From positions 1 to 46,570 of the forward strand of contig WVZO01000394.1 of NCBI GenBank assembly GCA_011772425.1: DNA of 46,570 bases. The letters run 5' to 3'. Source of the DNA: Candidatus Aminicenantes bacterium (GTDB lineage: Bacteria; Acidobacteriota; Aminicenantia; UBA2199). Position numbers and translations under genes: made by a program. Positions 37,721-46,097 of the stretch are shown here, one piece after another; within the stretch, counting starts at the first letter, position 1; every line of letters begins with the position of its first letter. The notes below the pieces were generated by a model, which saw only the letters and a list, made by a program, of their open reading frames with translations, had not been told where the DNA came from and searched no databases.

Positions 37721-38149
37721 ATGAAGATTCTTATTCGAATACCTATCATCAGCGTGATAAGTATTGTTCATTTAGTTTTGGCGGTGAGTTGTACGAAGCA
37801 TCCTCAGTACAACCTAAGTGGTAAATGGAGAGGAACCGTTACCGAGAAGGGCAAATCCACATTGGTGGAGCTCAGTGTTCGGGAGCACCAGGGTGGTATT
37901 GAAGGGAGGTTCAAGATTCTTAGTTTGACGGACAATGACGTGGACAAGGGAATGGCCTTTGATATAGTTAGCATTGAACATTCCGGCGACAAACTGAAAT
38001 TCATTGTCCCTATTACTGGCAAAGTGGATGATGATGCGATTGCCTTCGAGTTGTCGGTCCAGGAAGATCGCTTAGAAGGTTACGGCCATGAATTACGTAA
38101 GGGGAGTAAAAAAATTCCTATTACTTTTACAAGGCAGAAACAAAATTAG
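37721..38149 (+). CDS. Putative lipoprotein, small beta-barrel
   Basis: Start moved to ATG 37721 (AAGGAGG SD); AVSC lipobox; LSGKWRG. Confidence 0.8.
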   Translation: MKILIRIPIISVISIVHLVLAVSCTKHPQYNLSGKWRGTVTEKGKSTLVELSVREHQGGIEGRFKILSLTDNDVDKGMAFDIVSIEHSGDKLKFIVPITGKVDDDAIAFELSVQEDRLEGYGHELRKGSKKIPITFTRQKQN

Positions 38150-38235
38150 AAGATTCCTAACAAATTTCTTGCCTGATAATCATATAGAAAGTTCCTGAAT
38201 CGAGTTCTTCGGAATTTCTTTAACACCAGGTTGGT

Positions 38236-38490
38236 ATGGAAAAGATAAAGACCAACACAGTGATTTCCAAGAGGCGTTGGAGCAAAGCTCGGTTTCCTCA
38301 AGGAGAAAGTAAACGGGTACCTTTCGTTTATTTATCTGGTTTATGGCTTGAGAATTTGGGTTTTGCAATTGGCCAAAGGCTTGATATTTATTCACCCGAA
38401 AAAGGTCAATTACTCCTCGAAGGCATGCCCCCTGGAAATCGAAGTGGTAGTAGGAGGAGTAAGAATTCAAAGCGGAGCTTAAGAGATTAA
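38236..38490 (+). CDS. SymE-family (AbrB-fold) toxin-like protein
   Basis: VPFVYLSGLWLENLGFAIGQRLDI...GQLLL matches the SymE P.I.L.G.WL..GF..G pattern. Confidence 0.75.
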   Translation: MEKIKTNTVISKRRWSKARFPQGESKRVPFVYLSGLWLENLGFAIGQRLDIYSPEKGQLLLEGMPPGNRSGSRRSKNSKRSLRD

Positions 38491-38967
38491 GAGGTGCCAA
38501 TTGCCAATGATTAAAGATTCATCGGTTACTCTAACTCTAAGTTTGATGCATCCGCATCAACGTATCAACGTATCAACGCATCGACGCATCGTTGCATCAA
38601 AGGTATGAGGTACCAGGTATCAGGTATCAGGGGCGTTGATTGTGTTTAAGCAAATGCCAAATGCCGAATGCCCCCAATCTAAGCCACAACAGACACGGTA
38701 CACCTAATCGCGTAATCATGTGTTATCATTAGCATTAGAATTAGCACAGTCGCTTGAATTTAACGGAATAACGGAAATGCCTACATAATCCATAATCCAT
38801 AATCCATGATACGCGATACGTGAAATGTGCAGTGTGGCGGGAGGCGAAGGGCGTCTTGGTCTTTGAAGGCATGGAGGCAAAGTGGAGGAGGATAATTGCC
38901 TTTAAAGCTAACGGGTGACAGGTGACGGGTGACGGCTTTTCGAGTTGGGTGTTGGGTGTTGGATGTT
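38479..38967. repeat. Mosaic of ~15 different short tandem motifs (6-8-nt periods)
   Basis: Motifs read directly (listed in findings); no ORF of 60 aa or more lies within it. Confidence 0.9.
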
Positions 38968-39269
38968 AAATTTTTACAACCGGTTGCTCTTGATTTTCTC
39001 TAAAACCTCCGATATAAATATAATCTAAAAATAAAAAAAAATTTGTCTGTCCCGTTTTTTATATTTCTGATGCGTTTTTTTACAGCTGGTTTAACTGCTA
39101 TTTATTTTCCAATAGCCTTTCTTCGTAGCCCCAACGTGAGTAATTTTTCCTTCTTTGGCCTCCTGTTTTGGTGTTTTGACAGAGTGTCACCCTTTTAAAA
39201 AATTTTTTGCTGCCCCTGGATTGACTTTGGATAAAGCTTATGGTATTTTGTGAAAATCAGGAGGCAATT

Positions 39270-39545
39270 GTGAATGAAAGTACAATTAAGCATTTTGATC
39301 TTGATATTGAACGTTTAAAACCCCTTAAAAAGTGTATGGAGAACTTCGAAATTGGAAAGTCTAATGCCGAGTGGCCAAATAACATCTTATCCAGAAAAAC
39401 CGTTGTTTGGCGGGCATATTTGGCATCGTCGCTCAAAGGTGGTAGTGGATTTCTTGCATGTCCCCTCTTTCTCCTTTTTCTCCCGGGAAAGTTAAAAAAA
39501 ATGATTGCTATTCCTTCTCTGTCTTTTCAGTTTTTCCCGGTTTGA
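39270..39545 (+). pseudogene. Possible 5' gene remnant or small ORF
   Basis: TTGACT-17 nt-TATTTT promoter, AGGAGG SD and GTG start; the ORF degrades into low-complexity sequence overlapping the convergent gene. Confidence 0.35.
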
Positions 39546-40722
39546 TTTTTTCTAACAAACGGGATAATTCCTCCTTAAATGCAGGCAACTCATCGTGCTT
39601 ATTCTTCTCCCCTATTTTAACGGCCATCTCTAAATTTTCCTTAGCTAACGCCAACTTCCCGGCAGCATCATACGCAAGCCCAAGATTAAAGTAAGCTTTG
39701 GCCGAACCGGGATAGCTGGCGACATTGTACTTCAGCATCTCGATGGCTTCCACGATCTTTTTCTCCAGGAACAATAATGACGCCTTGAAATCAATTGTCC
39801 TCTCAGGGACAGGAATTTCATAACCGTACTTCTTAGATAATTTCTTGTAATGCTTCCGGATGTCCTGCAGCGACATGTCGGACAATTGCTTGGGTGAAAG
39901 CTTCCAACCGGGATAAAGAGCCTCCAGTGCATTGTAAACCACCCGGTGAACCGTGGAACTGTGATCCTCTTTCTCCATAAATTGGAATTGCCATTCCAAT
40001 CCGCTGGGTGCTTTCTTTTTCAACAACCCGGCAAAATCTTTAGACGCAAAACGTATGGCATCTCTGTCTCCCCCGGCAGTGGTAAGGTATACGAATCTTT
40101 TCAAGCCGGGGTACTGCTGAAAAAAAGCCTCGGCTTTTTTGAACATCAGGCGATCGTCCCAGTACACGCTGGGACTAATAACAATGTATGCATGAAAAAG
40201 CTCAGGACTGTTTAATAAAGAATAGATACTAAACAAACCGCCGTAAGAGTGACCGCACAAGATTCGGTAAGGGGCTGTTCGATAATTTTTGTCCACCAGG
40301 GGAATCACCTCTTCCCTGAGAAATGTTAAAAACTTATCCGCTCCAGCAACAGGGGGAAAATTATCCACCCGGGTAGGTAACAGATCGCGGTTGCGGTCCT
40401 TGTTGGGGACGGCGATTACGATCATCCTGGGTATACGGGACGATTTGGTGAGGAAGTCGATAATCCCGGTCACATGATGAAAATGATAGTCTCCATCCAA
40501 CAGGAAAAGGATAGGATATTCCTCCTGGGAGGAGGCGTAGCCATCTGGTAGGTACACCAGAAGTGCACGGTCTTCATTCAAGACCCTGGAATGGATTTTT
40601 ATTGACTCCCCTATAACCAGGCCTTTGACTTTCTTTACAGCCGATACCTGGTGCGGGACAATAAACAAAACTGCCATTACCACCAAAACCAGTGCTATAT
40701 TTAACCGATTAAGTTTCATCAT
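39508..40722 (-). CDS. Exported alpha/beta hydrolase (IroE/Fes-like esterase) with C-terminal TPR
   Basis: Signal peptide, YLPDGY, LDGD, GHSYGG nucleophile elbow, EDH; AKAYFNLGLAY TPR. Confidence 0.92.
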   Translation of the reverse strand: MMKLNRLNIALVLVVMAVLFIVPHQVSAVKKVKGLVIGESIKIHSRVLNEDRALLVYLPDGYASSQEEYPILFLLDGDYHFHHVTGIIDFLTKSSRIPRMIVIAVPNKDRNRDLLPTRVDNFPPVAGADKFLTFLREEVIPLVDKNYRTAPYRILCGHSYGGLFSIYSLLNSPELFHAYIVISPSVYWDDRLMFKKAEAFFQQYPGLKRFVYLTTAGGDRDAIRFASKDFAGLLKKKAPSGLEWQFQFMEKEDHSSTVHRVVYNALEALYPGWKLSPKQLSDMSLQDIRKHYKKLSKKYGYEIPVPERTIDFKASLLFLEKKIVEAIEMLKYNVASYPGSAKAYFNLGLAYDAAGKLALAKENLEMAVKIGEKNKHDELPAFKEELSRLLEKIKPGKTEKTEKE

Positions 40723-40861
40723 TTAACCTCTTATTTTTGTCTGCCAGATTTCCTATTTACTTTTTTATTTTATATAACCGGGAGACAAAAGTCAAATATT
40801 TATCTTACATCCTTTGAACCGACTCTTATTTGATGATTGATGAAAATAAAACAAAGAGCGC

Positions 40862-40920
40862 AAACGAGTGAAAAATGATCGGCAACATTCGCACACTCGC
40901 AGGCACCGTCCCCTTTTCCC
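40862..40920 (-). repeat. Family C dispersed element, inverted copy
   Basis: CGAGTGAAAAATGATCGGCAACATTCGCACACTCGCAGGCACCGTCCC is the near reverse complement of 43172-43219. Confidence 0.85.
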
Positions 40921-41092
40921 CCAAAAATTGTTGCTATCAGATAATTGAAAGTTCGTGTTTTCTGAGAAACACGAATTTCATATAATAATAAGTTATGTTC
41001 AAATTATAGATAAATATAATGAAGTAAAAATGGACAAGAACTCAAACAAGGAGGACACAATGGATTCAGAGCAACTTGTCGAGACAGATAAT

Positions 41093-42373
41093 TTACCTGG
41101 CACTTCTTTTTGCCGCCGGTGTGAGGCTGCAAAAGGGCAGCATGGTCACAGGAATACAAAAGACGTTATCTCTCTTCTCAATGGTATCTTTAGTAATAAC
41201 GATACCTGTATCCGTTCCAAATTTATCTATAAAATTTAGTAAAGAAGAGGGTATCGATATTTTCTTACGAAATTTAACTTCAATGGGGGTAAATTGTTTT
41301 TCGTTTTTTATTATAAAATCGATCTCTGTTTTATCTTTAGTGCGGTAGAAGTATATCCCATCATCATACCGGTTTCTAAGGGTATTAAATACGAAATTTT
41401 CGATCACTTTGCCTTCCAGGGTGTCAAAGGTAATATCCAGCCCATAGTAATAGTAATAAATACCCGTATCATGGATATAAACCTTGGGCATCCGTGTCAA
41501 TTCTTTCCTGACATTAGTAAAAAAAGGCGTCACATAAGAGAAGATATAAGTCCCTTTCAAAATATCAAGGTAGTGTTCTACTGTCTTATAATTTAGGCCA
41601 AGGGAGTTTGAAAGTTCATTTTTGTTTACCAGGTTTCCTATCTGCCCGGCCAGGACTTTTATCATATTATTAAATGCAGAGATATTGGAAATCCGTAAGA
41701 AACCGGCAATATCTTTCTCTAAATAACTGGATATAATCTCTTTAAAAATGGTCTTTTTCTTAAAGAGATCAGCCTCGAGATAAACTTCCGGATATCCGCC
41801 CCAACGAAGGAAATTAACCAATTCACCTTCGATTTCATCTTTGTATATGGAATAAAAATTGATCAGGTCATTAAATTCAGAATAGATATCAAAGGTAACA
41901 GCATATTTTTTTTCTTCTGCCAGTGCTTCGGTTAGAGAAAAGGGAAAAAGGGTAAATTCCACCTTGCGACCGGTTAGAGATTCCCGGTTTTTCGAGATTT
42001 CAAGGCTGGATGAGCCGCTAACAACGAAGGTGATATTCTTATTTTCCCGTTTTGCCGTATCGTACAGGACCTTTATAAATAACCCGGCATCTTTAATATA
42101 CTGGAATTCATCGATTAAAATATGGACATCCTTCTCGACATGGTGTTCAAACTTTAAATATTGGAAAAAACGGGAAGGTGAATCGAAAACATTCTTAAAC
42201 ATCAAATCATCTGCTGAAATGTACACGGTCCTTTTGCCCAATGCAGTAAGGTGGTCTTTCAAATAAAGAAGCAGTGTAGTTTTCCCCACTTGCCTGGCGC
42301 CTTTGATGATAATAATCTTATTAGAATCGAGCCATCTGATTAGCTCGGTGAAAAGTGCTCGTTTTCTAATCAT
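41093..42373 (-). CDS. AAA_14/DUF4143-family ATP-binding protein
   Basis: GARQVGKTT, LIDEFQ, SGSS, SLTGR, GGYPE, DTG, EIDF..EVK nuclease-like tail; start moved to ATG 42373 (GGAGG SD). Confidence 0.93.
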   Translation of the reverse strand: MIRKRALFTELIRWLDSNKIIIIKGARQVGKTTLLLYLKDHLTALGKRTVYISADDLMFKNVFDSPSRFFQYLKFEHHVEKDVHILIDEFQYIKDAGLFIKVLYDTAKRENKNITFVVSGSSSLEISKNRESLTGRKVEFTLFPFSLTEALAEEKKYAVTFDIYSEFNDLINFYSIYKDEIEGELVNFLRWGGYPEVYLEADLFKKKTIFKEIISSYLEKDIAGFLRISNISAFNNMIKVLAGQIGNLVNKNELSNSLGLNYKTVEHYLDILKGTYIFSYVTPFFTNVRKELTRMPKVYIHDTGIYYYYYGLDITFDTLEGKVIENFVFNTLRNRYDDGIYFYRTKDKTEIDFIIKNEKQFTPIEVKFRKKISIPSSLLNFIDKFGTDTGIVITKDTIEKRDNVFCIPVTMLPFCSLTPAAKRSAR

Positions 42374-42393
42374 TTTACTGCCTCCCAAAAATT

Positions 42394-42463
42394 TCCGAGA
42401 TTTTCGGTAGTTCACCACCGAAAAACTCCGAGATTTTCGGTAGTCTTGCACGAAAATCTTCGA
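42394..42463. promoter_or_regulatory. 18-bp direct repeat plus a partial inverted copy (putative operator)
   Basis: TCCGAGATTTTCGGTAGT at 42394 and 42427; CGAAAATCT at 42451. Confidence 0.5.
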
Positions 42464-42843
42464 CTATTTTAAATCATTTGTAAAAAAATTGCAAATAAAA
42501 TATAAAATATGGTTACCTAATATAACAGTTAAGCCCCAACCACAAGCCGCAAACACCAGCCATAGCTAAAAGCTGGAGCTTGAGGCTGGTGCTGGTGCGA
42601 ACAACTGTTGGAGCTTGCAGTTTTTTACTCTTATATAAGTAGAAATACTCATTTTTTCCGAAAAGAGTTGACTTTCTTTCTTAAAGTGTGGTAAAAAGTT
42701 ACTTCCGGGAAAGACCAGCAATGATTAGAAGGAGAACAACTGAGTTGGCATTGTTAAAGAGTTTTGAGATTCCGGAACATCCTCTAAGGGCGGAAGCTTT
42801 TGCAGATTAAGCGAAATAGCAAAATAAATTAAGGAGGTAAATC

Positions 42844-43161
42844 ATGGCTTTTAAGGCATTATTTCTGGCACATGCGCCTGATGCAGATTATGAAAAACAT
42901 AACAGTGCTATTGATACAGGTAAGTATAAGCTTTTTACAGTTGTGGTAAAAAATCAAAGCGAGGCAATAAAAGTGTCTAAAAGTATCTATGAAAAAGAGA
43001 AGATAGATGCTATTATGCTTTGCCCTGGTTTTACACATAATGATGTAGCAGAAATATTTCAGGCACTTGAAGGTAAAGTATCTGTCAATGTTTCCAGGGG
43101 AGATGGGCCTAGTAATAAAATTTCTCAGCCAGTGATTCAAAGAGAATTCTTCAATAAGTAA
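42844..43161 (+). CDS. DUF6506-like protein
   Basis: AAGGAGG SD; PDAD..KH...IDAIMLCPGF...V. Confidence 0.75.
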   Translation: MAFKALFLAHAPDADYEKHNSAIDTGKYKLFTVVVKNQSEAIKVSKSIYEKEKIDAIMLCPGFTHNDVAEIFQALEGKVSVNVSRGDGPSNKISQPVIQREFFNK

Positions 43162-43178
43162 AATGAGAAACGGGACAG

Positions 43179-43244
43179 TGCGTGCGAGTGTGCGAATGTT
43201 GCCGTTCATCTTTCACTCGCTTTGAAAAATATGGTTACCTATTT
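43179..43244 (+). repeat. Family C dispersed element, left direct-repeat copy
   Basis: TGCGTGCGAGTGTGCGAATGTTGCCGTTCATCTTTCACTCGCTTTGAAAAATATGGTTACCTATTT; internal GCGAGTG/CACTCGC stem. Confidence 0.9.
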
Positions 43245-43276
43245 GCCAGAAATTGACAAAAAAAGGGGAAAATTAT

Positions 43277-43393
43277 AGCGGTGCCCTTCGGGCAGATTTT
43301 AGACGCCTGCGGCGGTAAATTCCGGGGCCTCGCTGAACTCCTTTTCTTTTCGCCCAAGGCGTTAACCAATAATGTCCAAAGGACGCAAATTCC
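43277..43393 (+). repeat. Family A dispersed element, copy 2
   Basis: Aligns with the reverse complement of 124-237. Confidence 0.85.
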
Positions 43394-43515
43394 ATTTATA
43401 ATTAATAATTCCTTTCCTTTCTTTCTTTTTGGTTCTGGCTCGTCCAGGTTGCGGACAAAAGGAAAAAGGGACGGGCGCGAAGCGCCTTTATTACTATAGA
43501 ATAAAAGAGCCGGCG

Positions 43516-43782
43516 TCAAGTCTTCTGGAGCCTTTCAACTACCCACAGGTTGATCAATGTCTCCGGTGAAATACCACGGGTGCGAGCTTGAATCTCAACC
43601 TGCGCATAGATTTCCGGGTCAAGTGTTATACGCCGTCTTTGTTTGGCTCTGACTTCAAATTCAACTTCCCTTGTCTGATCCCGATAGTCTTCAAGACTAT
43701 GGGAATCCCAAAATTCGCCAATCTCTTCCACTGTGCTGGCCTTAGAGATGCCGGTGAGTTTTTTGTCTTTATTTTCGTTCAT
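43516..43782 (-). CDS. CopG/BrnA-like antitoxin
   Basis: EEIGEFWDSHSLEDY plus a C-terminal ribbon-helix-helix-like segment; overlaps the toxin. Confidence 0.85.
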   Translation of the reverse strand: MNENKDKKLTGISKASTVEEIGEFWDSHSLEDYRDQTREVEFEVRAKQRRRITLDPEIYAQVEIQARTRGISPETLINLWVVERLQKT

Positions 43783-44053
43783 AACGTTTTCGCTCCTTTT
43801 TATCCATATCCCGGGCGGTTATAATCAACGCCGTATTTCCGGGCTTATTAATGAAAATTACAGCCAGGTATCGACCGGAATCGGTCTGCCCGCAGGCGTA
43901 GTACACATCTTCTCCTGGCTGATACCCTGATTCAACAAAGCGATACTGTGGACGATCAAAAAATATTTCTTCCACTTCGTCTTGAGTGACGTGGTGCTTA
44001 ATAGATAATTTTTCAATAATACTGGGAAGCCAAATAAAATCATCAATATACAT
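43769..44053 (-). CDS. BrnT-family toxin
   Basis: IW...KHHVTQDEVEEIF...GQTDSGRYL...IITARDMDKKERKRY. Confidence 0.9.
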   Translation of the reverse strand: MYIDDFIWLPSIIEKLSIKHHVTQDEVEEIFFDRPQYRFVESGYQPGEDVYYACGQTDSGRYLAVIFINKPGNTALIITARDMDKKERKRYERK

Positions 44054-44211
44054 TAATGAGTTTCCTTATGTTTTCGCTGTCCTCGGTCCCGCGTTTTGTA
44101 AGAAAAACGAGCTGCTGTGGACACCAATTTTCAATCTCATTATGTCCTCCATGGTTAAATATAAACCCTAATTGCCTTTCTGTCAACATTTTTTTTAATA
44201 AATGGTGACGT

Positions 44212-44276
44212 TGCGTGCGAGTGTGCAAATGTTCCCATCATCTTTCACTCGCTTTGAAAAATATGGTTACCTATTT
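44212..44276 (+). repeat. Family C dispersed element, right direct-repeat copy
   Basis: Near-identical to 43179-43244, starting 1033 bp downstream. Confidence 0.9.
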
Positions 44277-44448
44277 CTTTCCTACTAAAGCTAATCTCTC
44301 GTACCGCACGGGCACTCTGAAAAAACTGATGCCCTCCGTGCGGATCTACTAACCACTATTTGTATCTACAGGATGGACATAAAAACTAAAAAACTTTTTG
44401 CATGTCCATCCTGAAACTCCTATTAGAACTCTATTAGAACTATTTTTT

Positions 44449-44510
44449 TGCCTTCGGCGACCAGGGGACTCTTTTGAAAAACCGCCCCCTGGACCCCCAC
44501 AAAACTTTTT
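44449..44510 (+). repeat. REP-like palindromic element, family B, copy 2
   Basis: TGCCTTCGGCGACCAGGGGACTCTTTTGAAAAACCGCCCCCTGGACCCCCACAAAA. Confidence 0.85.
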
Positions 44511-44642
44511 ATTAGGGTTATTTTAGGGAGCCTAATTTTCTTTGTGCCCCTTCGTGCTTTTTACCGCATTGTAAATGCCTTCGTGGCTAAAATTAGGTGG
44601 AGGAAGGGGACAGGCGCCAGATGCAAAGTAATTTCACAGTCC

Positions 44643-45926
44643 TTATTGTCTTACATACAATTTCCCACCCTTAATAACATACCGTATCTTCCTGACATTA
44701 CGAATGTCAGCGGAAGGATCTGCGGAGAGTATGACCAGGTCTGCGCGTTTTCCTTTTTCGATTGTCCCGGTACGGTCTTCGATACCCAGTGCTTCGGCAT
44801 TGATGCGTGTGGCAGATTGAAGGGCTTGAATGGGGCTCAGCCCGCATTTATCCACCAGCAATTCCATTTCATAATGAACGTTAGGAAAGGGGGCTCCCGG
44901 TTTGTAAATATAATCAGTGCCGGCTGCAATCTTTACCCCGTGCTGATGAGCCATTTTCGTCACCTCAATACAAAATTCCTCCATTTTTTTATCACCTTTG
45001 GCTATACGTTCCAAAAAAATGTAAACCGTGGCCTCCAGGATAGTATTCCTTTTTACCATTTCTTTAAAAAGTTTTTCATAGCTTTTGTCTTTGAGCAGCG
45101 CGATATCATATTGGGCCTCATGTCGGCGCTCATAAGATTGAGGTAATTCTGCTGCGGATTCCCAGGCCAGGAGACCGCAGTGGGATACTACATCCACACC
45201 TGCCAAAACCGCATCAATGGGTCTGGCGGGAAAAACAGTGGCATGACTCCAAATTTTTAATCCCTGCTTATGACCTTCGGCAGCAATGCGTTGAATTTCT
45301 TCTTTAGGGAGGTTGGCATAGATTTTAATACCTGCGGCGCCGGAGCCTTTAGCCTCGGCGATAACTTGCCGCATGTCCGTGGTTGGGGTAATTGCCCTTG
45401 CCCAGGGAAGCTTACCCGGGGTTTCACCTAATGTGGAACCAACGACCCTGAAGTCCGTAAAAAACGTGGGGCCACCCATAATCGCAGAATAATAAATATA
45501 AGGAGATTCGATTTCATGCAGCAGGGCATTCCGTCTTATCGTCGCAAGTTTTCGTACATCACCACCCATATCCCTAACCGCAGTAATTCCTCCCTTTAAA
45601 GCCCATGATAATACCATTCTCAACTCTTCCGCCGACATGTGGCTGATATGCACATGAGCATCAATCAAACCGGGAATAACATAATGTCCTTCAAGGTTAA
45701 GCAGAAAGGCTGCTCCGGTAATATCCTTTTCTCCCAGCGGATGGATATCTGTGATGGTATCGCCCTTGACCACGATGCAGTGGTTTTTCAATCTCTTATG
45801 GGTCTTCCCGTCGATGAGGTGAACATTGTTAAGCACCAGGGATTCTTCATCTTGAGGTTCCCGGGCCATAAGTGTAAAGAGACTGACAGTTAAAATCAAT
45901 ATAAATATGATGGCTTTCTTTTTCAT
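44643..45926 (-). CDS. Exported amidohydrolase-family protein
   Basis: PGLIDAHVH, GIKIY, WSHA, SHC, AGTD, GTIEKGKRADLV; start moved to ATG 45926 (AAGGAGG SD). Confidence 0.93.
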   Translation of the reverse strand: MKKKAIIFILILTVSLFTLMAREPQDEESLVLNNVHLIDGKTHKRLKNHCIVVKGDTITDIHPLGEKDITGAAFLLNLEGHYVIPGLIDAHVHISHMSAEELRMVLSWALKGGITAVRDMGGDVRKLATIRRNALLHEIESPYIYYSAIMGGPTFFTDFRVVGSTLGETPGKLPWARAITPTTDMRQVIAEAKGSGAAGIKIYANLPKEEIQRIAAEGHKQGLKIWSHATVFPARPIDAVLAGVDVVSHCGLLAWESAAELPQSYERRHEAQYDIALLKDKSYEKLFKEMVKRNTILEATVYIFLERIAKGDKKMEEFCIEVTKMAHQHGVKIAAGTDYIYKPGAPFPNVHYEMELLVDKCGLSPIQALQSATRINAEALGIEDRTGTIEKGKRADLVILSADPSADIRNVRKIRYVIKGGKLYVRQ

Positions 45927-46097
45927 GGCTATCCTCCTTTTATAATATATACAGGATGATTCCCCCAAAAGTCGATTTGTTTTGCGTCTTTTGGAATTAG
46001 ATAACAGGTTTCCACTTCACGGTGAACCAGGACAGTTCCAGGAGTACAGGGCTTGAAAAACATTGAAAAATAGGTGGATTTATATTATACTTTGGAT

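Noticed and set aside
38479-38967. CRISPR or TIGR-type guide array
   Set aside because: There is no constant repeat and no fixed unit length; every motif differs.
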